Source of the DNA: Pleurocapsa minor GSE-CHR-MK 17-07R
GTDB lineage: Bacteria > Chloroflexota > Anaerolineae > Aggregatilineales > Phototrophicaceae
Length of the DNA: 64,000 nucleotides
Assembly (NCBI GenBank): GCA_019359125.1
Contig: JAHHHY010000006.1
Location: 210,030 to 274,029 of the forward strand
Direction: 5' to 3'
Shown one piece after another: positions 1 through 8,977 of the stretch (positions within the stretch are counted from its first letter, which is position 1; each line of letters opens with the position of its first letter). Position numbers and translations under genes: made by a program. The notes under the pieces are model-generated. The model was not told the origin of the DNA and did no database searches. It worked only from the letters and a program-made list of their open reading frames with translations.

Positions 1-38
1 AGCTTTCCTGCGTCGGCTGAGACTGAACAATGACAAAC

Positions 39-68
39 AGTCTAACAAGAAAGTTGATGCTTTGTCAA
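39..68 (-). promoter_or_regulatory. Putative sigma70 promoter pointing out of the left window edge
   Basis: Minus strand TTGACA (68-63), 18 bp spacer, TAGACT (44-39), in an AT-rich intergenic stretch. Confidence 0.4.
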
Positions 69-105
69 CTGATTCAATCAGATTAGTGGGATTGGTCGGG
101 TGAAG

Positions 106-561
106 TCAGGTGTTGTGCTTGCGCCGCAGCAGCGCCTGGCCGGGCTGGCTGGCCCGCGCCAGCGGCCATAATCCTGCGATCAGCGCCTCAAATTCGTGCG
201 GCTCAGCCAGCGTGCCGATCGAGGTGTTGAAGCCTTCTTCGATATCCATCAGCGCGGGCAGGATGGCCTCGCCTTTGCTGGTCAGGCGCAGCAGCACGGC
301 CCGTCCGTCATCCGGATTCGGATGCTTTTCCAGCCAGCCAGCCTCCACCATCGTCCCCACCAGCCGGCTGGGGCTGCCGCCCTCGCACACCAGCCGTTCT
401 CCCAACTGAAGCAGCGTCATCGGCTGATACTGGGCCAGCACCTGGATGACCTCGGCCTGCGACGGGGTGATGCCCAGCGGGCGCAGCGCGTCGCTGAGCT
501 GGCGGTTGCCCTCGCGTTGCAGGGCCAGCACGAGGTAACGAAATTCTTCAGCAGGGAGCAT
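106..561 (-). CDS. MarR family transcriptional regulator
   Basis: LRPLGITPSQAEVIQVL...LVGTMVEAGWLEKHPNPDDGRAVLLRLTSKG winged-helix pattern. Start may instead be the TTG at 621, which overlaps the upstream stop. Confidence 0.85.
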   Translation of the reverse strand: MLPAEEFRYLVLALQREGNRQLSDALRPLGITPSQAEVIQVLAQYQPMTLLQLGERLVCEGGSPSRLVGTMVEAGWLEKHPNPDDGRAVLLRLTSKGEAILPALMDIEEGFNTSIGTLAEPHEFEALIAGLWPLARASQPGQALLRRKHNT

Positions 562-617
562 GGCAATACACTCATAGTTGGACAGGATGGGTATTGTGAC
601 AGGCGAACGCCGTGACT

Positions 618-1460
618 TCAAACCCCTGCGGGTAGCGCCTCACGGGCAGCCAGGCGGTCACGCGAGGCCCATTCGTGCGCCGGCATATAGACCGTCGGCT
701 GCTGGCGGGCGAATGCGCGGATGCGCCCGTGCGTCTGGTGGGCCAGCTGTCCGCTGCGCGACACGCCATCCAGTTGATCCCCCAGCAGGGCGGCCTGGGT
801 GTAGCTGGTATCCCCGGCGATAAACAGGGCATGGTCGCCCTGCTGAACGATGACCGACAGGTGGCCGGGCGTGTGGCCGGGCGTCGGCACCAGATAGACG
901 GATCCGTCCCGGGTGAGCGTGGCCCGACCGCCGAAGATCGCATCTGGCTCGGCAAAGTCGATGGTCTTTGGCTGAAAGTCGGCTGGCCAGCGCTGGCGAA
1001 GGTAGCCCGCCATGCTGCCGCTGATGCCCTGCGCCGCCCGCCATTCTGCGCGCGCGACCAAAAATTCCGCGTTCGGGAAGTGGTGCAGGCCGCCATCGTG
1101 ATCCTGATGCAGATGCGTCAGCACGACCTGACGCACATCGGTCGGGTCGAAGCCCAGCGCGCGCATCTGCGGGCCGATTTCGTCCTGCGGGCCGGTAATC
1201 TGGAAGCGCGCGGCGCGCTGCACCAGGCGCATGTGCGGCGGAAACCAGACGGGTTGGTTGGCGTTGTGGGGGATGCCGCTGTCGACCACGATCAGCCCAT
1301 CCGGATGGGGGATGACGAAACACCAGATGGGCAGCGGCTCGGTGTGATGCGGGTCGGCCAGGGCGCGGAGCAGCCGCCCGGGATAGCTCCCGCTGCCGGA
1401 CTGCCAGCGGGTGGTGACGGTGACGGTGCCTGTGGTGAGCGCGTGAATGTGCATGAGCAT
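618..1460 (-). CDS. Metallo-beta-lactamase-fold hydrolase, N-acyl-homoserine lactonase-like family
   Basis: THLHQDH (HxHxDH), PTPGHTPGH, AGD and PAHE metal ligands. Confidence 0.85.
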   Translation of the reverse strand: MLMHIHALTTGTVTVTTRWQSGSGSYPGRLLRALADPHHTEPLPIWCFVIPHPDGLIVVDSGIPHNANQPVWFPPHMRLVQRAARFQITGPQDEIGPQMRALGFDPTDVRQVVLTHLHQDHDGGLHHFPNAEFLVARAEWRAAQGISGSMAGYLRQRWPADFQPKTIDFAEPDAIFGGRATLTRDGSVYLVPTPGHTPGHLSVIVQQGDHALFIAGDTSYTQAALLGDQLDGVSRSGQLAHQTHGRIRAFARQQPTVYMPAHEWASRDRLAAREALPAGV

Positions 1461-1474
1461 CCCCTGAAATTAAA

Positions 1475-1516
1475 TGACATGTCACTTACTTTACGGCAAT
1501 ATACATGACACGTCAA
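1475..1516 (-). promoter_or_regulatory. Sigma70 promoter overlapped by two palindromic operators (likely MarR sites)
   Basis: Minus strand TTGACG (1516-1511), 17 bp, TAAAGT (1493-1488). Palindromes TGACATGTCA (1475-1484) and TGACACGTCA (1506-1515). Confidence 0.7.
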
Positions 1517-1582
1517 GTAAATATCCATAGGCGCATGACTGAGACTCAGCGTTTGGGCATGGTAAGGTGAATGGAAGCGTGG

Positions 1583-2632
1583 TCAGCCCAGACGCTGCGT
1601 CATGCCCGTGCAGCTGGATTCGTGTGCGGCGGCCATGATCTGAATCTGCGCGATCAACTCGGACGCCTGCACGGGCGGGGGTGCGCCCGCGGTGATGGCC
1701 TGATGCACGGCCTGCCAGTACAGCCGCCAGTCGCCGGGCAGCGTCTCGACCGTGCTTTGCGACGGCTGGGGCTCGCCCGTGTCCAGATACAACTTCCCCC
1801 AATTTTCGGGCGCATCCTGTCCCCACGACGCATCGGCTGGCGACTGTTCGGCGCGCAGCAGGCCTTCCTGCGGGTCCAGCCCAAACTTGATAAACGCGCC
1901 TTTCAGCCCGCGCACGGCAAAACGCGGCACCGGATACGGGTTCAGGTTGTCGGCCTCCAGCAGCACATACAGGCCGTCGGCATAGCCCAGATGCAGGCGG
2001 AACATATCGTCCACGGCGATGACGCCGCGATTGGCGGCAATCTGCGCGGTCACGGTCTGCGGCATGCCGAATAATTGCAGCGTGTGGTCGATCAGGTGCG
2101 GCCCCAGGTCATAGAAGATGCCACCCTGTTCCTCGGCGGATTCGCGCCACACGCCGCGCGGACGGGGCCGATACATCGGCCAGTGCGACTCGAAATGGTG
2201 GATGCGCCCCAGCGTCCCGGCAGCGATAAGCTGCTGCACCGTGCGGAAGTCGCCATCGAAGCGGCGCTGCTGATAGGGGATGAGCTGCCTGCCGGCAGAC
2301 CGGGCGCGCTCGATCAGCATCCGCAGCTCGTCCAGCGACTGCGTGACCGGCTTTTCGACCACGACATGCTTGCCAGCCTCCAGCGCGGCCAGCGCCTGCG
2401 CCACATGAAAGCGATGCGGCGTGGTGATCACGATCAGGTCGATGTCCGGCCGAGCGATGACCTCGTCATAGGATGCGGACACGGCGGCATCCGGGAAGTG
2501 TGCCTTCACCTGGTCGGCGCGGCTGGTGGCGACCGCGGCCAGCGTGAAGCCCCCGACGGCGCGCAGGAACGGCGCATGCAGATAACGCCCGGCCAGCCCG
2601 TATCCCAGCAGTCCCACGCGAATGTTGTCCAT
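1583..2632 (-). CDS. Gfo/Idh/MocA family oxidoreductase
   Basis: GLLGYGLAG Rossmann motif, HVVVEKP, YQQRRFDGDF, GGIFYDLGPHLID. Confidence 0.9.
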   Translation of the reverse strand: MDNIRVGLLGYGLAGRYLHAPFLRAVGGFTLAAVATSRADQVKAHFPDAAVSASYDEVIARPDIDLIVITTPHRFHVAQALAALEAGKHVVVEKPVTQSLDELRMLIERARSAGRQLIPYQQRRFDGDFRTVQQLIAAGTLGRIHHFESHWPMYRPRPRGVWRESAEEQGGIFYDLGPHLIDHTLQLFGMPQTVTAQIAANRGVIAVDDMFRLHLGYADGLYVLLEADNLNPYPVPRFAVRGLKGAFIKFGLDPQEGLLRAEQSPADASWGQDAPENWGKLYLDTGEPQPSQSTVETLPGDWRLYWQAVHQAITAGAPPPVQASELIAQIQIMAAAHESSCTGMTQRLG

Positions 2633-2675
2633 CGTCCGCTTTCACCTTTTCGTTTGCGCACATACCGACGACTGT

Positions 2676-2722
2676 ACCACCGTCCGCGCCGCTGCCGCCA
2701 CCGTCACGCCGGGTGGTGCACA
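2676..2722. repeat. Direct repeat A1 (47 bp), partner at 4720-4767
   Basis: ACCACCGTCCGCGCCGCTGCCGCCACCG-TCACGCCGGGTGGTGCACA; 42 of 48 aligned columns identical to the copy at 4720. Confidence 0.85.
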
Positions 2723-2770
2723 GCACGGCGCTGGAAGGGTGAGATAAGCTCGAGTGTTTCTGCTGTCAAC

Positions 2771-4654
2771 TCAGTGAAGCAGCCCCCAATTGACGGGCGT
2801 ATCCGGCTTCTCCGTCGGGAAGTCGTACAGGGCAGATTCAGCACGAGGTGGCAGCGACTCGCCCACTCCCGTGATGGACGCCGGCTCATAACCCGCAGCA
2901 GGGACGGGAAGCTGTTCAAGCAAGCGTGGGCCCTGTTCCTCGTCGAATGTGAACACAACCAGATTCTGGTAGGGGATGGTGCGCTCACTGAGTACAAACT
3001 TCGTCCATCGGGTATAGAAGCCGTTTTCAGTGAACGCACATGCTTCGCGGAAGTAGCCGAACGTTTCGGCTCCTGGCACGCAGAACGCGGCGTCCAGGGT
3101 CGGGTTGGCGTACAGATAGCGCACCGCGCCGATCAACATGTCACGGCGATTCTCAAACTCCAGCATTGCACGGCGCTCGGGCGATTCATCCAGCAGCACG
3201 ATCAGTGTGCCATCAGCCGGGCGCGGAGCCTGTTCGATAATTGCGCTGAGTATCCAGTGCTGGCCGCGAGGTGCTTCAGCGTAGAGACTATGCTGCCAAA
3301 GCGTGAATGAGGCGTGCCCACCCATCAGTACACCGAACCCCAGCAGGAACAACCAGCGGGTAGAGACAAAGAGGGCTAACAGGCCGCCAAGTACGAGGGC
3401 CAGCTTGCCTAGGCGCGGAGCAATAATGAGAGCAACGATCAGCGCGCCAGCGGCTGTCGCACGGCGCACCCACTTGCCGCCATAGCTGACGATAAGGAGT
3501 GCCATGCCGAAGACGAGCGCGCTGCCCGCCGCCGAGAAGTAGTAAACGCGGTAATCGACATCACGGTACTCACTGACAAGGTAGCCTGCAAAACCCAGCC
3601 CGATGAGCGCGAACCCGGCGAGGCTCGCCGTGACGACTTCGCGCCAGCGTAGGACGGGAGGCCGCCGACGCAGACTGTACCAGACCGCGCCAACAGACAC
3701 GCCGCTGATGGCGCCGGCATAGGGAAGGAAAGGCAACGTTTCGCGCCAGTAGGTATAGCGGTCGAGAAATGCGCCGCCCAGCAACCGCTTGTAGATGCGG
3801 AACACGCTGTTGGCCATGTCCCGCAGGGGAGACTCAGAAGCAAGCGCTGTGGTGAACTGACCGCTTTGATAGAGCTGGTTTTGCGTCGCCACAACAATAC
3901 CATAGCGGGCAAGCAGAATTATGGGGACGACATACCACAGACCTGCTGTTATCCAGACGCGGCGGTTGAAGCGGCCTGCAATCAGGGGGAGCAGCATCGG
4001 CGCCGCAAAGATGATAGGGAACGCAGCCTCATAGGTCATTGCTAAAGCCTGTGAGATGCCTACCGCGACCCACAGCCAACGTGCCGGACGACGAAACTGC
4101 CGTAGGAATAGCCAGATAGCCACAAACGTCCACAGCCCTGACCACGCGATGCTATGGGTTCCTAACCAGAACCAGCCTAGATCTGCATAGAAGACCGTGT
4201 AGAGTAAAGCTGAGGCCGAAGCGACTACACGCGCGGAGGGAAGCAGTTCACCGATGACGAGATAAAGCGCGAAGCCTCGTGCCAGTAGCAGCGCGGCAAA
4301 GACGAGGTTGATACCCACGTGTGAGTCGGGAGTGAGCAGGTAGCCCAGATGTTGAAACGCGGTGACGAAGGGGCGGAGGCTGCTTGGATCGAGTGAGATA
4401 TTGCTTCCAACAAAATCACCTAGTAGAACCCATTCATCACTTAGACCTGACACATTCCAGCCAAAGGGCAGCCAGAGCAGGACAATCACGGCGCTGAGGG
4501 CTGCGAGGGTAATCAGGTCTAGCTGGTGGACGGATGCCCAAACACGAATACGAGGCATCAGGCCATGGTACATCTGATGAATTACGTTAGACACAACACC
4601 CACACAAAATATTCTAAACATTGCCTGAAATAATACACGTAGCTTAGCTAGCAA
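2771..4654 (-). CDS. Polytopic membrane protein with C-terminal extracytoplasmic domain, GT-C/GtrII-like glycosyltransferase candidate
   Basis: About 12 hydrophobic segments, early SGLSDEW acidic loop, soluble C-terminal domain. Visibly lower GC than neighbours. Start uncertain (later ATGs possible). Confidence 0.6.
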   Translation of the reverse strand: MLAKLRVLFQAMFRIFCVGVVSNVIHQMYHGLMPRIRVWASVHQLDLITLAALSAVIVLLWLPFGWNVSGLSDEWVLLGDFVGSNISLDPSSLRPFVTAFQHLGYLLTPDSHVGINLVFAALLLARGFALYLVIGELLPSARVVASASALLYTVFYADLGWFWLGTHSIAWSGLWTFVAIWLFLRQFRRPARWLWVAVGISQALAMTYEAAFPIIFAAPMLLPLIAGRFNRRVWITAGLWYVVPIILLARYGIVVATQNQLYQSGQFTTALASESPLRDMANSVFRIYKRLLGGAFLDRYTYWRETLPFLPYAGAISGVSVGAVWYSLRRRPPVLRWREVVTASLAGFALIGLGFAGYLVSEYRDVDYRVYYFSAAGSALVFGMALLIVSYGGKWVRRATAAGALIVALIIAPRLGKLALVLGGLLALFVSTRWLFLLGFGVLMGGHASFTLWQHSLYAEAPRGQHWILSAIIEQAPRPADGTLIVLLDESPERRAMLEFENRRDMLIGAVRYLYANPTLDAAFCVPGAETFGYFREACAFTENGFYTRWTKFVLSERTIPYQNLVVFTFDEEQGPRLLEQLPVPAAGYEPASITGVGESLPPRAESALYDFPTEKPDTPVNWGLLH

Positions 4655-4719
4655 CTCAATACCTTCGTGAAGCTTTCAAGGATTGATGTCTAATTACCTC
4701 ATGAGCGAGAAACCTGCCA

Positions 4720-4767
4720 ACCACCGTCCGCGTCGCTGTCGCCAACGCTCATGCGGGGTGGTGCACA
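4720..4767. repeat. Direct repeat A2 (48 bp)
   Basis: ACCACCGTCCGCGTCGCTGTCGCCAACGCTCATGCGGGGTGGTGCACA; internal ACCACC...GGTGGT inverted ends. Confidence 0.85.
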
Positions 4768-4858
4768 CGCCCCTCAGGTTCGCGCGCGGGCTGAACTTCA
4801 CGCATAATGATTTTGTTCAGCCGCGCCCTGCAAACCCACAGAACGGTGAGAAAACCCC

Positions 4859-7486
4859 ATGAAGCGCAGTCACGAGCAGCTCAGACTTCAGGAAGCACGG
4901 GACGGGAAAGCGCGCTGGCGGCAGTGGGGACCGTATCTGAGCGAACGGGCGTGGGGAACCGTGCGCGAAGACTACAGCGCCGATGGCGAGGCGTGGGGGT
5001 TCCTCCCGCACGACCAGGCGCGCAGCAAGGCCTATCGCTGGGGCGAAGACGGGCTGGCGGGCATCAGCGACGAGCGCCAGTACCTGTGCTTTGCGCTGGC
5101 GCTGTGGAACGGGCACGACCCGATCCTGAAAGAGCGCGCTTTCGGCCTGGCCGGAGGGGAAGGCAATCACGGGGAAGACGTCAAGGAATACTATTTTTAC
5201 CGCGACAGCACGCCCACGCACAGCTATATGAAGCTGCTCTACAAATATCCACAGCGGGCCTTTCCGTATCAGGCGCTGATTGAAGAAAGCCGCCGACGCG
5301 GGTTTCACGACGCAGAATTTGAACTGCTGGACACCGGCATCTTCGACGATGACCGCTATTTCGATGTCACGGTCGAATACGCCAAGGCTGCGCCTGATGA
5401 CATCCTCGTCCGCATCACAATCGCGAACCGGGCCGCTCAGTCCGCCGACCTGACGGTGCTGCCCACGCTGTGGTTCCGCAATACCTGGTCGTGGGGCTAC
5501 GACGCCGGGCCGATGAACGATGTGCCGCGCAAACCGGCGCTCAGCCTGCGCGGTCCGCAGGAAATCGTGGCCGATCATCCCGTGCTGGGGACGTATACGC
5601 TGGCCACCGGGGCCGCCGACGAGATCATCTTCACCGAGAACGAGACCAATGCCGAGCGCCTGTATGGCGCGCCCAACGCGGGCCCGTATGTGAAAGATGC
5701 CTTCCACGCCTGTATCGTCCATGGGCGGCGCGAGGCGGTCAACCCGGCGCATACGGGTACCAAAGCAGCGGCTGTATATAGGTTGCATCTTCAGGCTGGC
5801 GAGACGCGGACGCTTTCGCTGCGGCTGTCTGGCCGGGACGTGGCGGAGCCATTCGCCGGATTTGACGGCGTATTTGACGAACGCGTGCACGAGGCTGACC
5901 AGTTCTACGCTGACCTTCACGGCGCGTCCCTCAGCCCGGACCAGCAGAACGTGCAGCGGCAGGCGCTGGCCGGCATGCTGTGGAGCAAGCAGTTGTATTA
6001 CTACGACGTGGAACAATGGCTGGCTGGCGACCCGATCGCCGCACCGCCGCCGCAGCGCAGGCACGGGCGTAATCACCAGTGGGAGCATCTCAACAACTTC
6101 GATATCGTCTCGATGCCCGACAAATGGGAGTATCCGTGGTATGCCGGCTGGGATCTGGCGTTTCACTGCCTGCCGCTGGCTGTTGCCGACCCCGACTTTG
6201 CCAAGGCGCAGTTACTGCTGCTCACGCGCGAATGGTACATGCATCCCAACGGACAGCTTCCCGCCTACGAGTGGGCGTTTGGCGATGTCAATCCTCCCGT
6301 GCATGCATGGGCAGCCTGGAAGGTGTATGAACTGGATGGCAAGCAGGACAGCGCCTTCCTCAAGCGCGTGTTCAACAAGATGCTGCTCAATTTCACCTGG
6401 TGGGTGAATCGCAAGGATGCCGAGGGGCGCAATATCTTTCAGGGCGGCTTCCTGGGGCTGGACAACATCAGCCTGTTTGACCGCAGCCGGGCGCTGCCCG
6501 CGGGCGGCGAGCTGGACCAGAGCGACGGCACCGCGTGGATGGGCTTTTTCTGCCTGACGATGATGAATATCGCGCTGGAGCTGGCGACCAGCGATGCTGC
6601 CTACGAAGACATGGCGATCAAGTTTTACGAGCATTTCCTGTGGATCGCGCGCGCTGTGAGCGGGGAAACACGCGGCGGCGTGGGGCTGTGGGACGAGACG
6701 GACGGGTTCTATTACGATGTGCTGCGCTCGGCCGACGGGGGCGTGCATCCGCTGAAAGTGCGTTCGCTGGTGGGGCTGATGCCGCTGATCGCGGTCGAAA
6801 CGGTCGGCCAGGAGACGCTGGACCGTTTCCCTGGATTTGCGCGCAGCATCGCCTGGCTGCGCCGTCATCGCCCGGATCTGGCGGAGAACATGGCCAGTGT
6901 TGAAGTGCCGGGCTATGGCAGCGCGCACCTGTTTGCCATGCCGGACCGCGAGCGCCTGCGCCGGATGCTGCACTATCTGCTGCACGAGGACGAATTCCTG
7001 TCGCCGTATGGCATCCGCTCGTTATCGAAAGCCCACACGACGCCTTATGAGCTGCATTTTGGTGCAGAGCTGTTCAGCGTGCGCTATACCGCCGCCGAGT
7101 CGGACAGCGGCCTGTTTGGCGGCAATTCCAACTGGCGCGGCCCGATCTGGTTTCCCATCAACTATCTGTTCATCGAGGCGCTGCGAAAATATCACCGCTA
7201 TTATGGCGATGCGTTTCGCGTGGAATGCCCCACCGGAAGCGGCGTCATGATGACGCTGAGCCAGGTGGCAGACGAGCTTTCTGCGCGGCTGACGCGCATT
7301 TTCCTGCGCGATGGGTCCGGCCGCCGTCCGGTTTATGCCGGGGCAGAGCGCTTCCAGACCGATCCGCACTGGCGCGATCACCTGCTGTTCTACGAGTATT
7401 TTCATGGTGATGACGGGGCAGGACTGGGCGCCAGCCATCAAACCGGCTGGACGGGCCTGGTCGCCATGCTGATGCAGGGGCTATGA
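4859..7486 (+). CDS. Glycoside hydrolase family 63 (MGH1-like glucosidase)
   Basis: [58 protein letters not shown]. Confidence 0.9.
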   Translation: MKRSHEQLRLQEARDGKARWRQWGPYLSERAWGTVREDYSADGEAWGFLPHDQARSKAYRWGEDGLAGISDERQYLCFALALWNGHDPILKERAFGLAGGEGNHGEDVKEYYFYRDSTPTHSYMKLLYKYPQRAFPYQALIEESRRRGFHDAEFELLDTGIFDDDRYFDVTVEYAKAAPDDILVRITIANRAAQSADLTVLPTLWFRNTWSWGYDAGPMNDVPRKPALSLRGPQEIVADHPVLGTYTLATGAADEIIFTENETNAERLYGAPNAGPYVKDAFHACIVHGRREAVNPAHTGTKAAAVYRLHLQAGETRTLSLRLSGRDVAEPFAGFDGVFDERVHEADQFYADLHGASLSPDQQNVQRQALAGMLWSKQLYYYDVEQWLAGDPIAAPPPQRRHGRNHQWEHLNNFDIVSMPDKWEYPWYAGWDLAFHCLPLAVADPDFAKAQLLLLTREWYMHPNGQLPAYEWAFGDVNPPVHAWAAWKVYELDGKQDSAFLKRVFNKMLLNFTWWVNRKDAEGRNIFQGGFLGLDNISLFDRSRALPAGGELDQSDGTAWMGFFCLTMMNIALELATSDAAYEDMAIKFYEHFLWIARAVSGETRGGVGLWDETDGFYYDVLRSADGGVHPLKVRSLVGLMPLIAVETVGQETLDRFPGFARSIAWLRRHRPDLAENMASVEVPGYGSAHLFAMPDRERLRRMLHYLLHEDEFLSPYGIRSLSKAHTTPYELHFGAELFSVRYTAAESDSGLFGGNSNWRGPIWFPINYLFIEALRKYHRYYGDAFRVECPTGSGVMMTLSQVADELSARLTRIFLRDGSGRRPVYAGAERFQTDPHWRDHLLFYEYFHGDDGAGLGASHQTGWTGLVAMLMQGL

Positions 7487-7513
7487 AGGTTGCGTAACGC
7501 GAGGCCCACCCGG

Positions 7514-7567
7514 ATTGATTCCCGACCGCCCGAAGTCCGATGCTATGGAGGCAGTATATGACGAGGC
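7514..7567 (+). repeat. Direct repeat B1 (54 bp), contains RBS and start codon of the following gene
   Basis: ATTGATTCCCGACCGCCCGAAGTCCGATGCTATGGAGGCAGTATATGACGAGGC; 52/54 identical to 8888-8941; GGAGG then 6 nt then ATG at 7558. Confidence 0.95.
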
Positions 7568-8892
7568 CGCTTATCGGGTCCCTTACTGTGGTCTTGCTCT
7601 GTCTGATGCTGAGCCTGAGCGCGGCGGCGCAGGCGTCAGACGAGACGGTGCTGGTGGCCACGCCGACCGTGGATGGCATCGACATCTATTCAGCCGACAG
7701 CAGCGGGGAAGTCACGCTGGTGCACAGCCTGAACGGGTTTCGTGTCGGCGATCCCATCGATCAGGATTCCTGGTTCATGAGTCGTTACACGGATTTAACT
7801 GTCTCGCTGGATGGGTCGCAGATTGCCTTCACGGCGCAGCGTGACGGTGCGTGGGCTTTATTCGTCTATACCCGCGCGACCGATGCGCTGCTTGAAATCG
7901 CGCTTCCAGAAGAACTCAGTATCCCTATTTGGTCGCCGGATGGAACCTCAATGCTGCTAACAGCGGGGGCTTCGGCACCACCGTTGAGCGATTATGTGTA
8001 TGATTTACAAACGCAGGAGCTGAACCAAATTACCAGCGTGCCACAGTTCAGAGAGAACAGTTTTCACTGGATGCCAGATAGTACAGGGTTATTCTACGTT
8101 GGCTACTGCGAAACCTGTCTACCGGTAAGTCAAGCGCTTTACCAGGTAAGTCGTGATGGAAGTGAGACGACGCGCTTGGCAGTTGCATCTGTGCTGGCGC
8201 CATCAGACTCGGTAGCCTCTATATGCCATCCGACTTGGTCGGAGCCAAATCATCGGATCTATTTTGTCATTGGATGTGTCGGTGGGGGTGGCCAGTCAAA
8301 CGAGTATCTCTACTCTGTCGACTTGGCAGGAAACGTCCGTGCGGAGCTCAGCGGTGGTTTCAACTCCCTATACTCAGATGAATACAATGTCAGGACGATA
8401 AACATTCATCCAAGCCCATTTTCGGACCAAATCTACATCACGCTAGCTTCACAAGGTGGCGATAGTACTGGTCTTTCAAATCGACGTATTCTTCATTTTC
8501 AAGCTCCCGATATTGTGAACATCGTGTATGAACAAACTCAACAAGACGAAGCGATAACGTCCTCATCAATGTCTCCAAACGGCGCAGCTATTGCCTTAGT
8601 CACCTATGGCAGAGGCACCAGTAACGGTTATCTCGAAGTGATCGACGTAACAACAGAGGAACGTATCGTTGGGCAAGGTACAACGCCTTCAGATGTTTGT
8701 GATGTGTTTTGGTCGGATGAGGACACGCTTTTTTACACGGTGGACCCGACAGGGGCATGCGATGTGGCGCGGGCACCCCAAAGTGTCTGGGTGCTGGACA
8801 TAACCAGCGGCGCTACTCAGGAAGTGACCAGCGAGCTGGGCGCGAATGTGTGGATGCTGCGGCGCGTGGTCGTCACAGCGCCCCTTAATTGA
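7558..8892 (+). CDS. Secreted TolB-like/PD40 beta-propeller protein
   Basis: Signal peptide (MTRPLIGSLTVVLLCLMLSLSAAAQA); blades VSLDGSQIAF, PIWSPDG, FHWMPDS, PTWSEP, SMSPNG, VFWSDE; low-GC interior. Confidence 0.8.
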   Translation: MTRPLIGSLTVVLLCLMLSLSAAAQASDETVLVATPTVDGIDIYSADSSGEVTLVHSLNGFRVGDPIDQDSWFMSRYTDLTVSLDGSQIAFTAQRDGAWALFVYTRATDALLEIALPEELSIPIWSPDGTSMLLTAGASAPPLSDYVYDLQTQELNQITSVPQFRENSFHWMPDSTGLFYVGYCETCLPVSQALYQVSRDGSETTRLAVASVLAPSDSVASICHPTWSEPNHRIYFVIGCVGGGGQSNEYLYSVDLAGNVRAELSGGFNSLYSDEYNVRTINIHPSPFSDQIYITLASQGGDSTGLSNRRILHFQAPDIVNIVYEQTQQDEAITSSSMSPNGAAIALVTYGRGTSNGYLEVIDVTTEERIVGQGTTPSDVCDVFWSDEDTLFYTVDPTGACDVARAPQSVWVLDITSGATQEVTSELGANVWMLRRVVVTAPLN

Positions 8893-8941
8893 TTCCCGAC
8901 CGACCGAAGTCCGATGCTATGGAGGCAGTGTATGACGAGGC
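8888..8941 (+). repeat. Direct repeat B2 (54 bp), contains the stop codon of the preceding gene
   Basis: ATTGATTCCCGACCGACCGAAGTCCGATGCTATGGAGGCAGTGTATGACGAGGC; TGA at 8890-8892. Confidence 0.95.
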
Positions 8942-8977
8942 GGTTTGCCTGGCCCAACCAAAGAAGTGGATCTGCCT

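Noticed and set aside
2676-8941. Integron attC interpretation of the direct repeats
   Set aside because: No paired RYYYAAC/GTTRRRY cores, the two repeat pairs are unrelated, and no integrase is in the window.
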